A program made the translations under genes and the position numbers. From assembly GCA_964016885.1 (NCBI GenBank), contig OZ024741.1, positions 319,920,001-319,984,000 of the forward strand: a stretch of DNA of 64,000 nucleotides. Direction: 5' to 3'. Below the pieces are notes generated by a model. It was not told the origin of the DNA and searched no databases. It worked only from the letters and a program-made list of their open reading frames with translations. The first letter of the stretch is position 1; each line of letters opens with the position of its first letter. Below, piece after piece: positions 53,068 to 64,000 of the stretch. The stretch is from Eledone cirrhosa (lineage: Eukaryota).

Positions 53068-55394
53068 CTATTGGGGTGATAACCCGTTTAGTTTTGGTTT
53101 AAATTTGTTAAGGAATAGATTTTCTTTGTTTATCCTTTGTTGCTGTGTGAACCAATCTGAGCACTTGTAGAAGGGGAAGATTTTAAAGTTGGGTAGTGTC
53201 ATTCCTGCGCAGTTCGCAATATGGCTGCTCAAGGGGATTTTTCTTGTGTTAGCGTCCCGGATTTGTTGACGGTGGATGGTCATTCTTTTGCGTAATGAGA
53301 TGCCCGTCTGTCCTATGTAGTTGTGTTTGCACCCACCGCAAGTTATTGCGTAAATCAAGTTCTCCGAGTTGCAGGTGAAATTGTTTTTTACTGTAAATGT
53401 TTGGCCATCTTTAAATGTAAATTTTTGTCCTTCAGTGAGGTAGAGGCACGTTCCACAGTTTGTTCTACCACATTTGGTAACTGTAGGGTTGAGGATTGGT
53501 TTGGGTATATTTGGTCCAGTGAGAATGCGTTTTAGTGATTTGGGTTGTCTTTTACTTTTAAGGATCTTGTGTGTTTCAAGAATAGACTTCATTTTTACAT
53601 CTTTAAGTAGGATGGGGAGGTTTTTGTGTAGGTGATCAAACATTTCGGTATTTCTGGGGTTGAAAATGGATACATATGGCAGGGTGTTGAGTGTGGTTTT
53701 CTGTTTTGGATTGTTAAGTTGATGGGGATTTAGGTGTTTTGCCCTGTCTATTCCATTGTTGATTATTTCAAGTGGAAAGGCTCTTAAGATAAGGGTGTCT
53801 TTTAGTTCCTTTAGTTTTTGCTCCCGTTTAGGTGGATCTGATACTATGGTACATATATGTTTGGCCAAATTGTAAGGAATGTTAAGTTTTGTATGTTTTG
53901 GGTGACTTGATGTGAAAAAGAGGTATTGCTTGGAATCTGTGGGTTTATAGAATATATCTGTATCTAATTTCCCGTCTATTACAGAGATGAGAATATCCAA
54001 GAAGGCTAATTCCTTGGGATTGGATTCCATTGTGAATTGTATATTATTATCTATGTTGTTTATCATGTTTTTAAACATAGTAAGTGAGTTCATGTCTTCT
54101 TGCCATAGGATAAAGCAGTCGTCTAGATATCTTTTCCAATTGGCTTTGAAGTGTGTGTGGAAAGAGTCTCCAAATAAGAGAAGGGACTGACTGTATATTT
54201 GTTGTTCATGGAATCCCATGACTAGGTTGGCATATGTGGGTGCTACTTTCGTGCCCATTGCAGTACCTGATACTTGTCTGTATGTTGAACCATTGAATGT
54301 GAAGTAGTTATTTTGTAGGATAAAGCGGAGTCCGTCAGTGATAAAATCTTTGTTGATGCGTGTCGGTATTTCTGATGGGTGTGTGTTAAGCCAGTATTGG
54401 ACTGCTGTTATTCCATAGTTGTGGGGTATGTTTGTGTAGAGGTTTATTACGTCAAAGGAGACAAGAATTGTATTTGCACTTACTGTTTTAGGGAGGTGCT
54501 TCAGCATGTCAAGGTCATCTCGTATGTAGCTCTGTATATGTTGTAGAAAGGGTTTCAGTAGGATGTCCAGAAAGTTGCTAAGCCTGTGGGTTTCACATGT
54601 AGGGCCTGCTATAATTGGCCTGAGTTTTAGGTCTTCTGGTGGTGTTAGTTCAATGTAATTGTTGGTTGAGGTGTCACATGCATCGTTTATGGGTTTACAT
54701 TTGTGGAGTTTCGGTAAGCCGTAAAAAGAGCTTGTATTGCATTTGAAGTGGCTTATATAGTTAAACTCTTTTGTGGTTAAGCTGTTGCGGTATGTATTCA
54801 GTAAGGTAGTAAGGTCAAAAGGTTCCCCATTGTTTTGGTGTGTTTGTAGTTTTCTGTTTTTTCATAGTATGTGTTGTTTTCTAAAATGTTAAGTGCGAGG
54901 GTCCTATAGTAGTCCGTATTCATAATGACAACAGTACTGCCTTTATCGGCTTCTTTGATGGTTATCTCAGGGTTGTTTCTAAGTGTGAATAATTCTTCCC
55001 ATTCGTGTGTAGATAGGTTTGATTTCGTGTGTTTATTTGTAATTTTTTCATAGGGAAAGTTGGTGATGTGTTCGCAGTACGTGTCCAGTGCTTTATTTCT
55101 TCCCTTTTGTGGGCAGAAATTGCTTTTATTTCTAACCAGTGATTCGTCTTCAGTGTTGGTGTCGTTGTGGAAGAATTCCGTTAGTCGCAGCTTTCGGCAG
55201 TATTCCATGATGTCATCCTTCATTTCGGGGAAGTTTGGTTTACGTGGTGTAGGTGTAAATTTCAGGCCCTTACTTAAAATGTTGATTTGTGTGTTGGTTA
55301 GAGGTGTCTTTGAGAAGTTGATTATTTTTGGTTTCTCCTGAGGGGGGGGGGGGGGGGGGCATCGAGTATCCTGGTATTTCAGGCTTTTCCCTAA
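53068..55394 (-). pseudogene. Penelope RT + GIY-YIG ORF, frameshifted by an 8-bp tandem duplication at 54800-54815
   Basis: IINFSKTPL..LSKGLKFTPTP, IKEADKG, FYGLPKLHK, RPIIAG, SFDVINLYTNI, GTAMG, RYLDD, CGRTNCGTC, NLIYAITC..YIGQT. Confidence 0.92.
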
Positions 55395-56596
55395 AAAAGG
55401 AATGTAGTTTTGTGTGTGATTATATTTTGTTGGTCTGTTGCGTGTGGGTCTGTAGCTTGTTGTTTCATGAGGGTGAATGTGATGGTGGGGGTGGTATGTG
55501 TTGTGGTTGTTGATGAGCAAGGGTTCTGTTGTTGGTTCATGTGGTCTGGGTGCGTTATTTCTGTGGTACAGAGTGTTGAGGTTGGGGGTTGTCTTTTGTT
55601 GGATTGAGGGTGATGTCTGGTGTGGTTGTGGGTAAGTTCTGTTGTGATTTCAAGGGGTCTGGGTGGATTTCTTCTGAGGAATGTGGTGTGTGTGTTGTGA
55701 GTTGGATCTATGTTATTTCGTCGTTGGTTTATGTAGGGGGTATTTCTACGGAAACCTGTATTGTGGTGGTTGGGTGTGTTTCTTTTGGTGTAGTTGGCCG
55801 TATTTGGTTTGTGTTGGTGGGGGATGTGCCTGTGGTTAGTGTGTGTTGGGTTTGGTGGTGTAAATGTGTCTGTTGTAGTTCTTGTTATGTTCAAATGCTT
55901 TATAAAGGGGTTACCTGTTTGGTGCGTCCTTTTAAAGTCTTCTTCATATTTGAGGAACCAGTTTTCGGATTTTTCCCACCGTTTAAGGGAAATAATTTCT
56001 GCATTCTCGCAGTCCTGTTTCCACGATTTGATTAAATTGTGTAGGGTTGTTCCCTCGGCCTTTTTAGTGCATTCTTCCTCCATATTTTTATCAGTATCCT
56101 TATACTCTTGCTTGTTGGAGGTGGCCCTTAATTTTAGGAGTTCTATTTCCATGTTTATCCTGTTGAGTGACATTTGTTCACGGAGTTTTCTTTCTGGTTC
56201 AGGTTCGTTTGTAATATGCTTTATTTGGAATTTACGTGGTAAAACTATCGGTGTTGAGTTAATCCATTTTTGGTAAATTCCAGCTTTGTTGAGGTTTTTT
56301 ATCATATTCCAGAAAGTGAATTTTCTGGTTTTTAGATTTTTTTTCCAGAGGTGTCCCATTTGGTTTTTGATATGGAGCAATGTCGTCTGTTCTGTTTTGG
56401 TATTCATAAGTTTTTCGATGGAGTTGCATACGTTTTGAACGTTTAAATAAATTTGGTTGTCAGTCGGTGTGGTGTTTTGGGGTATATCCTGTTTTTTCGT
56501 CAGAATGGTGAGTTTTCCATTTATCTCTTTTAGGATTTTCAGGATTTCCTCATTTATATTGGAGTTTGAAGTTGTGTTGTCTTGTTCCAGTGCCAT
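55391..56596 (-). CDS. N-terminal ORF of the Neptune-type element (401 aa, coiled-coil-like then basic low-complexity)
   Basis: ATG lies about 20 nt after the 5' pseudo-LTR; the frame is open to a TAG inside a slippery run. Confidence 0.7.
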   Translation of the reverse strand: MALEQDNTTSNSNINEEILKILKEINGKLTILTKKQDIPQNTTPTDNQIYLNVQNVCNSIEKLMNTKTEQTTLLHIKNQMGHLWKKNLKTRKFTFWNMIKNLNKAGIYQKWINSTPIVLPRKFQIKHITNEPEPERKLREQMSLNRINMEIELLKLRATSNKQEYKDTDKNMEEECTKKAEGTTLHNLIKSWKQDCENAEIISLKRWEKSENWFLKYEEDFKRTHQTGNPFIKHLNITRTTTDTFTPPNPTHTNHRHIPHQHKPNTANYTKRNTPNHHNTGFRRNTPYINQRRNNIDPTHNTHTTFLRRNPPRPLEITTELTHNHTRHHPQSNKRQPPTSTLCTTEITHPDHMNQQQNPCSSTTTTHTTPTITFTLMKQQATDPHATDQQNIITHKTTFLF

Positions 56597-57266
56597 TTTC
56601 CGGATTTGCGTAGGTTAGTATATATGAAAAGTGTAAGTTTCTACACAAAACGAAGGTTATAGAGAAAATTGAGGTTGGTAATGGGACATGGAATATATAA
56701 GAGACAGAATACTTTTTTGTGAAAAAACATAATTTTATAAGGTAAGGAAATAATAAAGGGTATAAAAAATGACCGGTTTCGATGGGTCTGCAAAAGCCAT
56801 CTTTTCAAATGTTGATTAATATTAAGAAAATTAATAATAAGAGGATTAAAAATTTGAGATTTGAAAATTCAAGGATAAAATTCAGTGTGGGATTTCATAG
56901 TAGTTTTCATCTTGATAGCAGCAAGTTGACTGCTGTGTGCCTTTCTGGTAGTGAATGAGGAGTTATTTGGGGGAGTGGGTTATTTTATAAAGGTCAGATT
57001 TAGCAATGGCCAGATGGCCAGCTGCTGGTCAGTGAGGGAGTGGAAGCAATATACATACATATATCTCCCTGTGGTCGGTAGGAGAGGGGAGAGTGATAGA
57101 TAGGGATTTAGTGCACTTACACCTATATATACACACATACCCTCATCTACACACTTGCTACTACCAAGATGAAAGCTACTATGAAATCCCACACTGAATT
57201 TTATACTTGAATTTTCAAATCTCAAATTTTAACTCTTCTTATTATTAATTTTCTTAATATTAATCA

Positions 57267-57312
57267 ACATTTGAAAAGATGGCTTTTGCAGACCCATCGA
57301 AACCGGTCATTT
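57267..57312 (+). ncRNA. Minimal hammerhead, U3-A8 variant (element-sense copies on - at 51887-51924 and 56771-56808)
   Basis: TTGAAAA-GATGG...CCATC-GAAA-CCGG-TC, with palindromic stem III ACCGGT; identical in three copies. Confidence 0.62.
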
Positions 57313-57408
57313 TTTATACCCTTTATTATTTCCTTACCTTATAAAATTATATGTTTTTTCACAAAAAAGTATTCTGTCTCATATATTCCATGTGCCATTA
57401 CCAACCTC

Positions 57409-57579
<171 letters not shown>

Positions 57580-58619
57580 AGAACAAAAGATGGTTAAAAG
57601 AGTTCCATGTATTTTATTATGCGCATTTCAAAAACAAATATCATCATGCAATAATATTTGTGTTTTCATCAGATAAAACAGGAAGACATGATATGAAGGC
57701 TAAAAAACACTTGTGGATAGTGCAGTTTTAAATCAACATATGAGAAGTAGTTTTAGATTGATGTGTGATATTGGGAAAAGTATTTTATTTTGAGGGTGGG
57801 GGGGGGGGAGTTGGAAAGGATGAAAAAGAGGAGGAGATGAGAGTAAAAAGTGGAGAGGGAGGAGTATAATGAGGAAGGATGAGATAGGAGGAGAGATGGG
57901 TGATAGAGAGAGAGAGATAGCTTTTATAACTGGGAAAGATATATTGTTTTACATAGAGAGTTTGAAAACCGTTGGAAGATAATGTATAAATTAAAAGAAT
58001 TTGAAAATTAACGAAGAGAAAAATAATGTAAAGTTAAGGTTTGTATATTGAGGGGTTTAATAATATGTGCGATGAAAAGAAAATGTTAATATGTATTAAG
58101 AATAATATTTAAGTGTTTAATAACATGTGCGATGAAAAGAAAAATTTAATATGTATTAAGAATGATATTTAAGGGCTTAATAATTTCTTTTGTTCTTATA
58201 TATATTATGTATACTCCAGTCCTACAAACTGTAGAGTGCTTCTTATCCGATATCTGCATTGCTTTATTGTACTACAATAAAACTCACCTCCTACATATAT
58301 ATATATATATATATATATGTGGTGTATCATTGTAATTATATATTTGTAATTCATACATTCATAAATATATTATATTTGTATATCTGTCGTTCAAGAAATG
58401 GATGACAAATATCTGCTTGTATACATGTGCATACAGACATATATGCAAATATAAAAATGTATGCACGTATAAAAATGCATACATTTGTATTTGTATGTTT
58501 CATATGATGTTGACAAGTGTTTTAAAAGCTACATTTGGGAGGCAAAACTTAGATTTGATATAGGTCAGTTATGCATGGGTAGTTAATTATTCGTGTCTCA
58601 GTAAACAATGGTTTTTGAT

Positions 58620-58820
58620 TTAGGCACAAGGCCAGGAATTTGGGGGGAGGGGCAAGTCGATTAAATCCACCCCAGTCTGTGACTGGTACTTCATTTTATC
58701 GACCCAATAAGGATGAATGGCAAAGCTAACCTTGGTAGGATTTGAACTCAGTACGTAAGGGGCCGTAACTCTATGCCACGAAGCTGGGTGTCAGATGCTC
58801 TACAAATACTCGCAATTCTA
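58620..58820 (-). mobile_element. tRNA-derived SINE
   Basis: Same core as the copies at 19835 and 51131. Confidence 0.8.
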
Positions 58821-60019
58821 GTGATATATATATAAGAAGTTTGTAGCCTTTAGACTGGCGCTTTAATTACTTTCCTACATAGGCTGTTAAACGTGTTTCT
58901 GAGGTCTTTCATCAACTCTTACACGCCCACGTGGACAGTTAATACCTTCTTAATACTCAAAAACCTATATAGCCCAACGATATTTCCAATCGCCCACTAT
59001 TTAGTGTTCAGTTGCTCATCACCCATTCAACAATTGACAACGCCCAGCGGTGGGCGATATCGCCCATACTGCGAAACTCTTCTCAAGATTTAGGTGCCAC
59101 AACTAGGTGTTTCATTAAATATTCACAAGATTAGGCATCCTTCAAATTGAGAAAAAAGTTTAAAATGAAGAAACTATATTTCAATGAACAAATTATATTC
59201 ATTGAAATGTGTTTCATCTAAAATAATGGAATTTCTCTTGTCGAAAAGAGGAAGCTATGTTAAAATATTAAAATATGAAAGAATGCCACCGACGAAATAC
59301 TGGAAGGGCGCATTTTCATTATTCTCTCATATAGGTAGCTAACTATACACGCACAATAAGGAATAATAGACACTTTATAAAGGAACAAAATATGAAGAAA
59401 CAATCTCAATCCTTTGAAGCTGCATTTTACAACATTGTTCACAATGTTGTAAAATGCAGCTTCAAAGTTAGACCGTTAGGCAAGATTATATTTCTAAGAT
59501 TTCAAATTGAATTTCTATTATAAAGCAACGAATCAAGGCAAATGCATTGTAACTATATAATAACCCCTATCCATTACAATCCATGTGTCGTGGTTCTTTG
59601 CCTTTTACCTAAAACAAAGGCTGAGGTGTTACGTGATTCATAACATTTTGTATTGTAATGTTTCATAGAAATTTGTTTAACATTTAGGTGACGTTTGAAG
59701 CAGTTTGATAAGTTTGAAATTTGAATAGATTTGGAAATCAGGATAATACGTTTGATAAACACCGTAACATAATTTTCCCCTGGATTTCACGAAAACAAAT
59801 CTTTTTCAAAGAGAAGAGATAAGCAGTGAAAAATAAATGCAACAGTCAAGTAATTCGGTGGAACAACCGAAAGAATCAAATCACTTGTCCACCCACATTC
59901 TTCATTTCGCATCAATTCTATTTCAAAAGGATAAAATCTGAAACAACATATATAATAATCTGTTTTTCAAATGCAATTATTTCTTTTGTTTTGGCTTCCA
60001 AATTGCATATGTATCCACA

Positions 60020-60082
<63 letters not shown>

Positions 60083-60362
60083 GTGTGTATGTATGTATTC
60101 ATATATGTACATATATTTATCTATGTATAGATATATAGCCCCTCTATAAATAGCCAACTTACCATGAAAGCTTCAGAGCGCATTATTCCAATTCAATGAA
60201 GAGTTTGGAAAAACTATATCAAGAAAATTACTTGCAGAACACAAATACCTTTTTACCCCCAAACTGGGAATCTACCCTAAACCGTCGAAGTGATTTGGAA
60301 TCGTAGAAACAAGTTTTCACATACTTCGGCTTGTAACAGATTTGCCATGTCAGCAATGGAAA

Positions 60363-60398
60363 AATTCTGAAGAAGGGCTATAGATCCGAAAATATTCA
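60363..60398 (+). ncRNA. Degenerate minimal hammerhead
   Basis: CTGAAGA-A-GG..CC-GAAA-ATAT-TC. Confidence 0.4.
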
Positions 60399-60504
60399 CG
60401 TCTAACAATTGACCCCTACTAACCCAACAACAAGGCTCGTCATCAGTAGCCATGTGCCCATTTCATGTATTTCAATTCATTATCTCTATCTAATCCCGAG
60501 GTAG

Positions 60505-60705
60505 GTGGATTGGCAGTATCGGTAGAGCGTCGGACAACAAGTTTTACAGCATCGAGTTGCGACCCTTTACGTTCTGATTTCAAATCCAATCTTACGGGGG
60601 GGGGGTCTATAAAATAAAGTACCAGTCACACACTGGCATCGATTTAATCGACTTCTCTCTCCCCTCAAATTGCTGGCCTTGTGCCTATGGGTAGAAATCA
60701 TTATA
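60505..60705 (+). mobile_element. tRNA-derived SINE
   Basis: ggattggcagtatcggtagagcg...ataaagtaccagt...gctggccttgtgccta. Confidence 0.8.
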
Positions 60706-61085
60706 TTTATCTAATATTACTTTATCATTTCTCCATTTCATCTTATCTGAACCCAACTATTCCTTGCAACTCATACTCCATCTCCTCACACCTCTATCTT
60801 ACCAGTTTCACCACTTAAATCAACCATACAATGTAAAATGTGTACCACATTTTTATACAAGGGTTATGTAGTTCTAATTCCATTCAGTTAATTTCACTTT
60901 GTTCCTCTTACATCACTTTTATTCTATCTCGTCTCGCTTCATCTCCCTTTTCTCCATTTCTTGCTTACGTAACACTCTTTTGAACCACACGCATCTACAA
61001 CGACTGCAAAACCCACGATATATATATATATATTCATACGTACATATATATATATATATATATACATAAGTACATATGTATATAT

Positions 61086-61171
<86 letters not shown>

Positions 61172-61566
61172 GTAGAAAAACATATATATATACATATATA
61201 CATGTATATATCTATGTGTGTATGCATGTGTGTATATATAATGTGCGTCTATAATAGTTTCTGCGTGCATTTATGTAATTCCTTTGAAATATACCGCTTT
61301 CATGATCTTCAAATAAACTTGACATTTATGCGAGATTATGATTGTTTCTATGTTTCATACACCGTTTGTTTTACCTACAATATAATAAAATTAACAAGAA
61401 ATAAGATTTTAATCTATTGTTATACAGAGAACCAGTTCACCATTATCGTGATTTATGGTATTTAGTTGGAGAATAATGAGAATGACTAAATGTTGACTAT
61501 TCAAATAATTTCAACAACTTTCCATAGGAACATTTAACTCTCCATCATTGTTTCTATCTCTCCTCC

Positions 61567-61662
<96 letters not shown>

Positions 61663-61748
61663 TTTACACACTTATATATATATATATATAAAGAGGGGTG
61701 TGCGAAAACCTTTAAAGTTGGAAAAGGAAGTTGCCATGGATGTTTTTT

Positions 61749-61790
<42 letters not shown>

Positions 61791-61791
<1 letters not shown>

Positions 61792-61947
61792 CGAAGGAAA
61801 TGTGGTAAGGAACCAGGTGGACCATAACGCACCAAAGTACTCAATACTTAGGGTAGTAGAGTGGGTAATAGGAACAAGTAGGACCCCGACGGCTGAGCTT
61901 AGCCGTCGAAACGGCTTGAGCTCAGCCGTCGGGGTCCTACTCGTTCC

Positions 61948-61950
<3 letters not shown>
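61791..61950. mobile_element. Very short fold-back copy of the 15021-16250 family between TA tracts
   Basis: The first about 85 nt match 15021 onward, followed by a near-perfect hairpin (61868-61950). Confidence 0.85.
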
Positions 61951-62009
<59 letters not shown>

Positions 62010-63445
62010 AAGGTTAAACAAGGTTCAATGAATAAATCAATGAATAAAGTTTTACAATAGATTAGAAGCACTCCAACTTTAACCATCTACTTAGTCAAGG
62101 TATGTCATGCATCATCTTATTTTATCTGCTGAGGACGTACTGTTGAAGATAGCTCAGTACCTCTGAAATATGTATAATAAAATATACTTGACCACACGAA
62201 TGTCTATATTTGTTAATATTTTGAATTTATATATATATATATATATATATATAAGGGAAAAAGATGAAATCGAAAATGCAACTGGAGTCTTTTTAAAAAA
62301 AAAAAATATTTATTTGGTTCCTTTACCGGTTTCGCAGTTCTTCTTCTTTTCAAAAGTAGGATTGAGATGGAGGGTTTGTAGTTTTTCTCACATCTGGTTG
62401 GTCTTTGAATGTTACTTCTGTTTTATATGGAAAAAAGTGGCTCGAAAAGCCAGGTTTTTAGAGAAGTAATTTGGTTGGTGAATAAGTATAATAAATTTCG
62501 CGCCAGTTCGCGTGACAAAGTTCTTATTATATTTGCCTTCAAACAAAGGGAGGGCTCAGGTTGTTTTTTCATATATGAGTGAAGTTTGGTTGGTTGATGC
62601 AGTCAAGTGAATAAGCACATCAGCTTTCGCGCCAGTTTGTGTTTGAATTTCTTTTTACTTAAAAAAGGTGGCTCACGAAGGCTTTTTTTTATAAACGTAA
62701 TTTGATTGGTTATAAATGAAATTATGACTGGGGTCGATTTAATCGACTTTCCCCTCCCCCAACATTGCTGGCTTTGTGCCTATATAAAAAGCCATTATTA
62801 ATGCTATAGATGTGGCAACTGTTGTCTTTTGAAAACGTGGGCACAATTGAAGTTGTTAGTGTGTTGCTGTTTAGATTTATCGTTTTGTTGCTGTTTGATA
62901 GTTTTGACTGAGTGGTGGTGATGGTGGTGGTGATGATGGTGGTGGCAGTTGATGCTGTTGTTTGGCGTTTCATCGTTTTGATGCTGTTGTCGTTGTAGAT
63001 ATTCGCGTTGGTGTTCGTTTGAATGCTGCTGTTGTTGTTTTTGTTGTAGATGTTAGTGATCGTTGATCGCTTTGATTGACTGTTGGTGATGTCAGTTAAT
63101 GTTGTTGTTGTTTGACTTTTATCGTTTGGATGCTGCTGTTGTTGTTGTTATAGATGTTGGTGTTCATAAGCTCTGACCCGGTCACTAAACACCAGGGTCA
63201 GTCTATTTAAAGATTTTTGTCCTCTTCCCTTCAAATTTGTGGGAAAGGACGTTATAGACATTCTGGTAGGGTTAATTTGTGCTTGTCTTTCTTTTCATCA
63301 TATTTAAAACAAAGCACATACGAATATTATTTAGTTTGAAAAAGTCAAAATCGACAAAAGGTACTTTGTCCGTTGCAACTGTGACAGAAATTTTTTCAGG
63401 GTGTCTGGATAGCTTCCTTATCCAAACATACATACATGCATACAT

Positions 63446-63516
<71 letters not shown>

Positions 63517-63784
63517 TGTCTAATCCGTTACAACAGTGAAATATATAGGTAGTTACGTTTCATTGCGTTGTCAATCCCAACTCTTTCAGTATGTTATGAT
63601 ATCAATGCCGTGGGTCCATTTTCATATTGTGTAGGGTTCTAGGATATATTTTTGTGTAGGGTATTCCGATATTTTTGTGTAGAGTAATATATATATAACG
63701 TATACACACGTGTTAATTTTTGTGGTCGACTGTTACATGAATAATTTCGAGTGTGTATTATAAGCACCGAATATTATGGTAATA

Positions 63785-63970
63785 TAATTGTTTCTACTTT
63801 AGGCACAAGGCCAGCAATTACCCAGTACATTACTGGTACTTTATTTTATCGACCCCGTAAGGATGAAAGACAAAGTTAACCTCGGCGGGATTTGAACTCA
63901 GACTGTAAAGGGACGTAACTATGCTAGAAAACATGGCGTCCTACCCTCTACCGATACTGCCAATTCACAA
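63785..63970 (-). mobile_element. tRNA-derived SINE
   Basis: Same core; further partial copies near 30860, 31370, 32100 and 62725. Confidence 0.8.
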
Positions 63971-64000
63971 TGTTAATGAATTTCAGTTTGAGAATAGTGG

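Overview
AT-rich, microsatellite-dense eukaryotic DNA with no recognisable host gene. The repeat landscape is invertebrate-like, and octopus/cephalopod is my inference from the SINE family and microsatellite load. All real coding sequence belongs to transposable elements: two near-identical head-to-head Tx1/L1-clade retrotransposons abutting (TATC)n, plus older relatives; several Penelope-like elements (one near-complete Naiad-type, two Naiad 3' fragments, one near-complete Neptune-type); a split CRE-clade element; a mariner > hAT > Penelope nest; an internally deleted RTE derivative; Helitron-like and hAT MITEs; and many tRNA-derived SINEs. Four hidden features stand out. (i) About eight different pseudo-LTR-like families carry hammerhead ribozyme folds, including compensatory U3-A8 cores and a covarying stem II. 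(ii) A Naiad GIY-YIG frame has a single in-frame TGA exactly at a conserved Cys (selenocysteine candidate). (iii) A UUUUUUA-GGG slippery site joins the two Neptune ORFs. (iv) Fold-back inverted duplications, often anchored at (TA)n, are very dense. Most short ORFs in the track are microsatellite artefacts. Family assignments come from motif recognition by eye, no searches were run, and boundaries are approximate.
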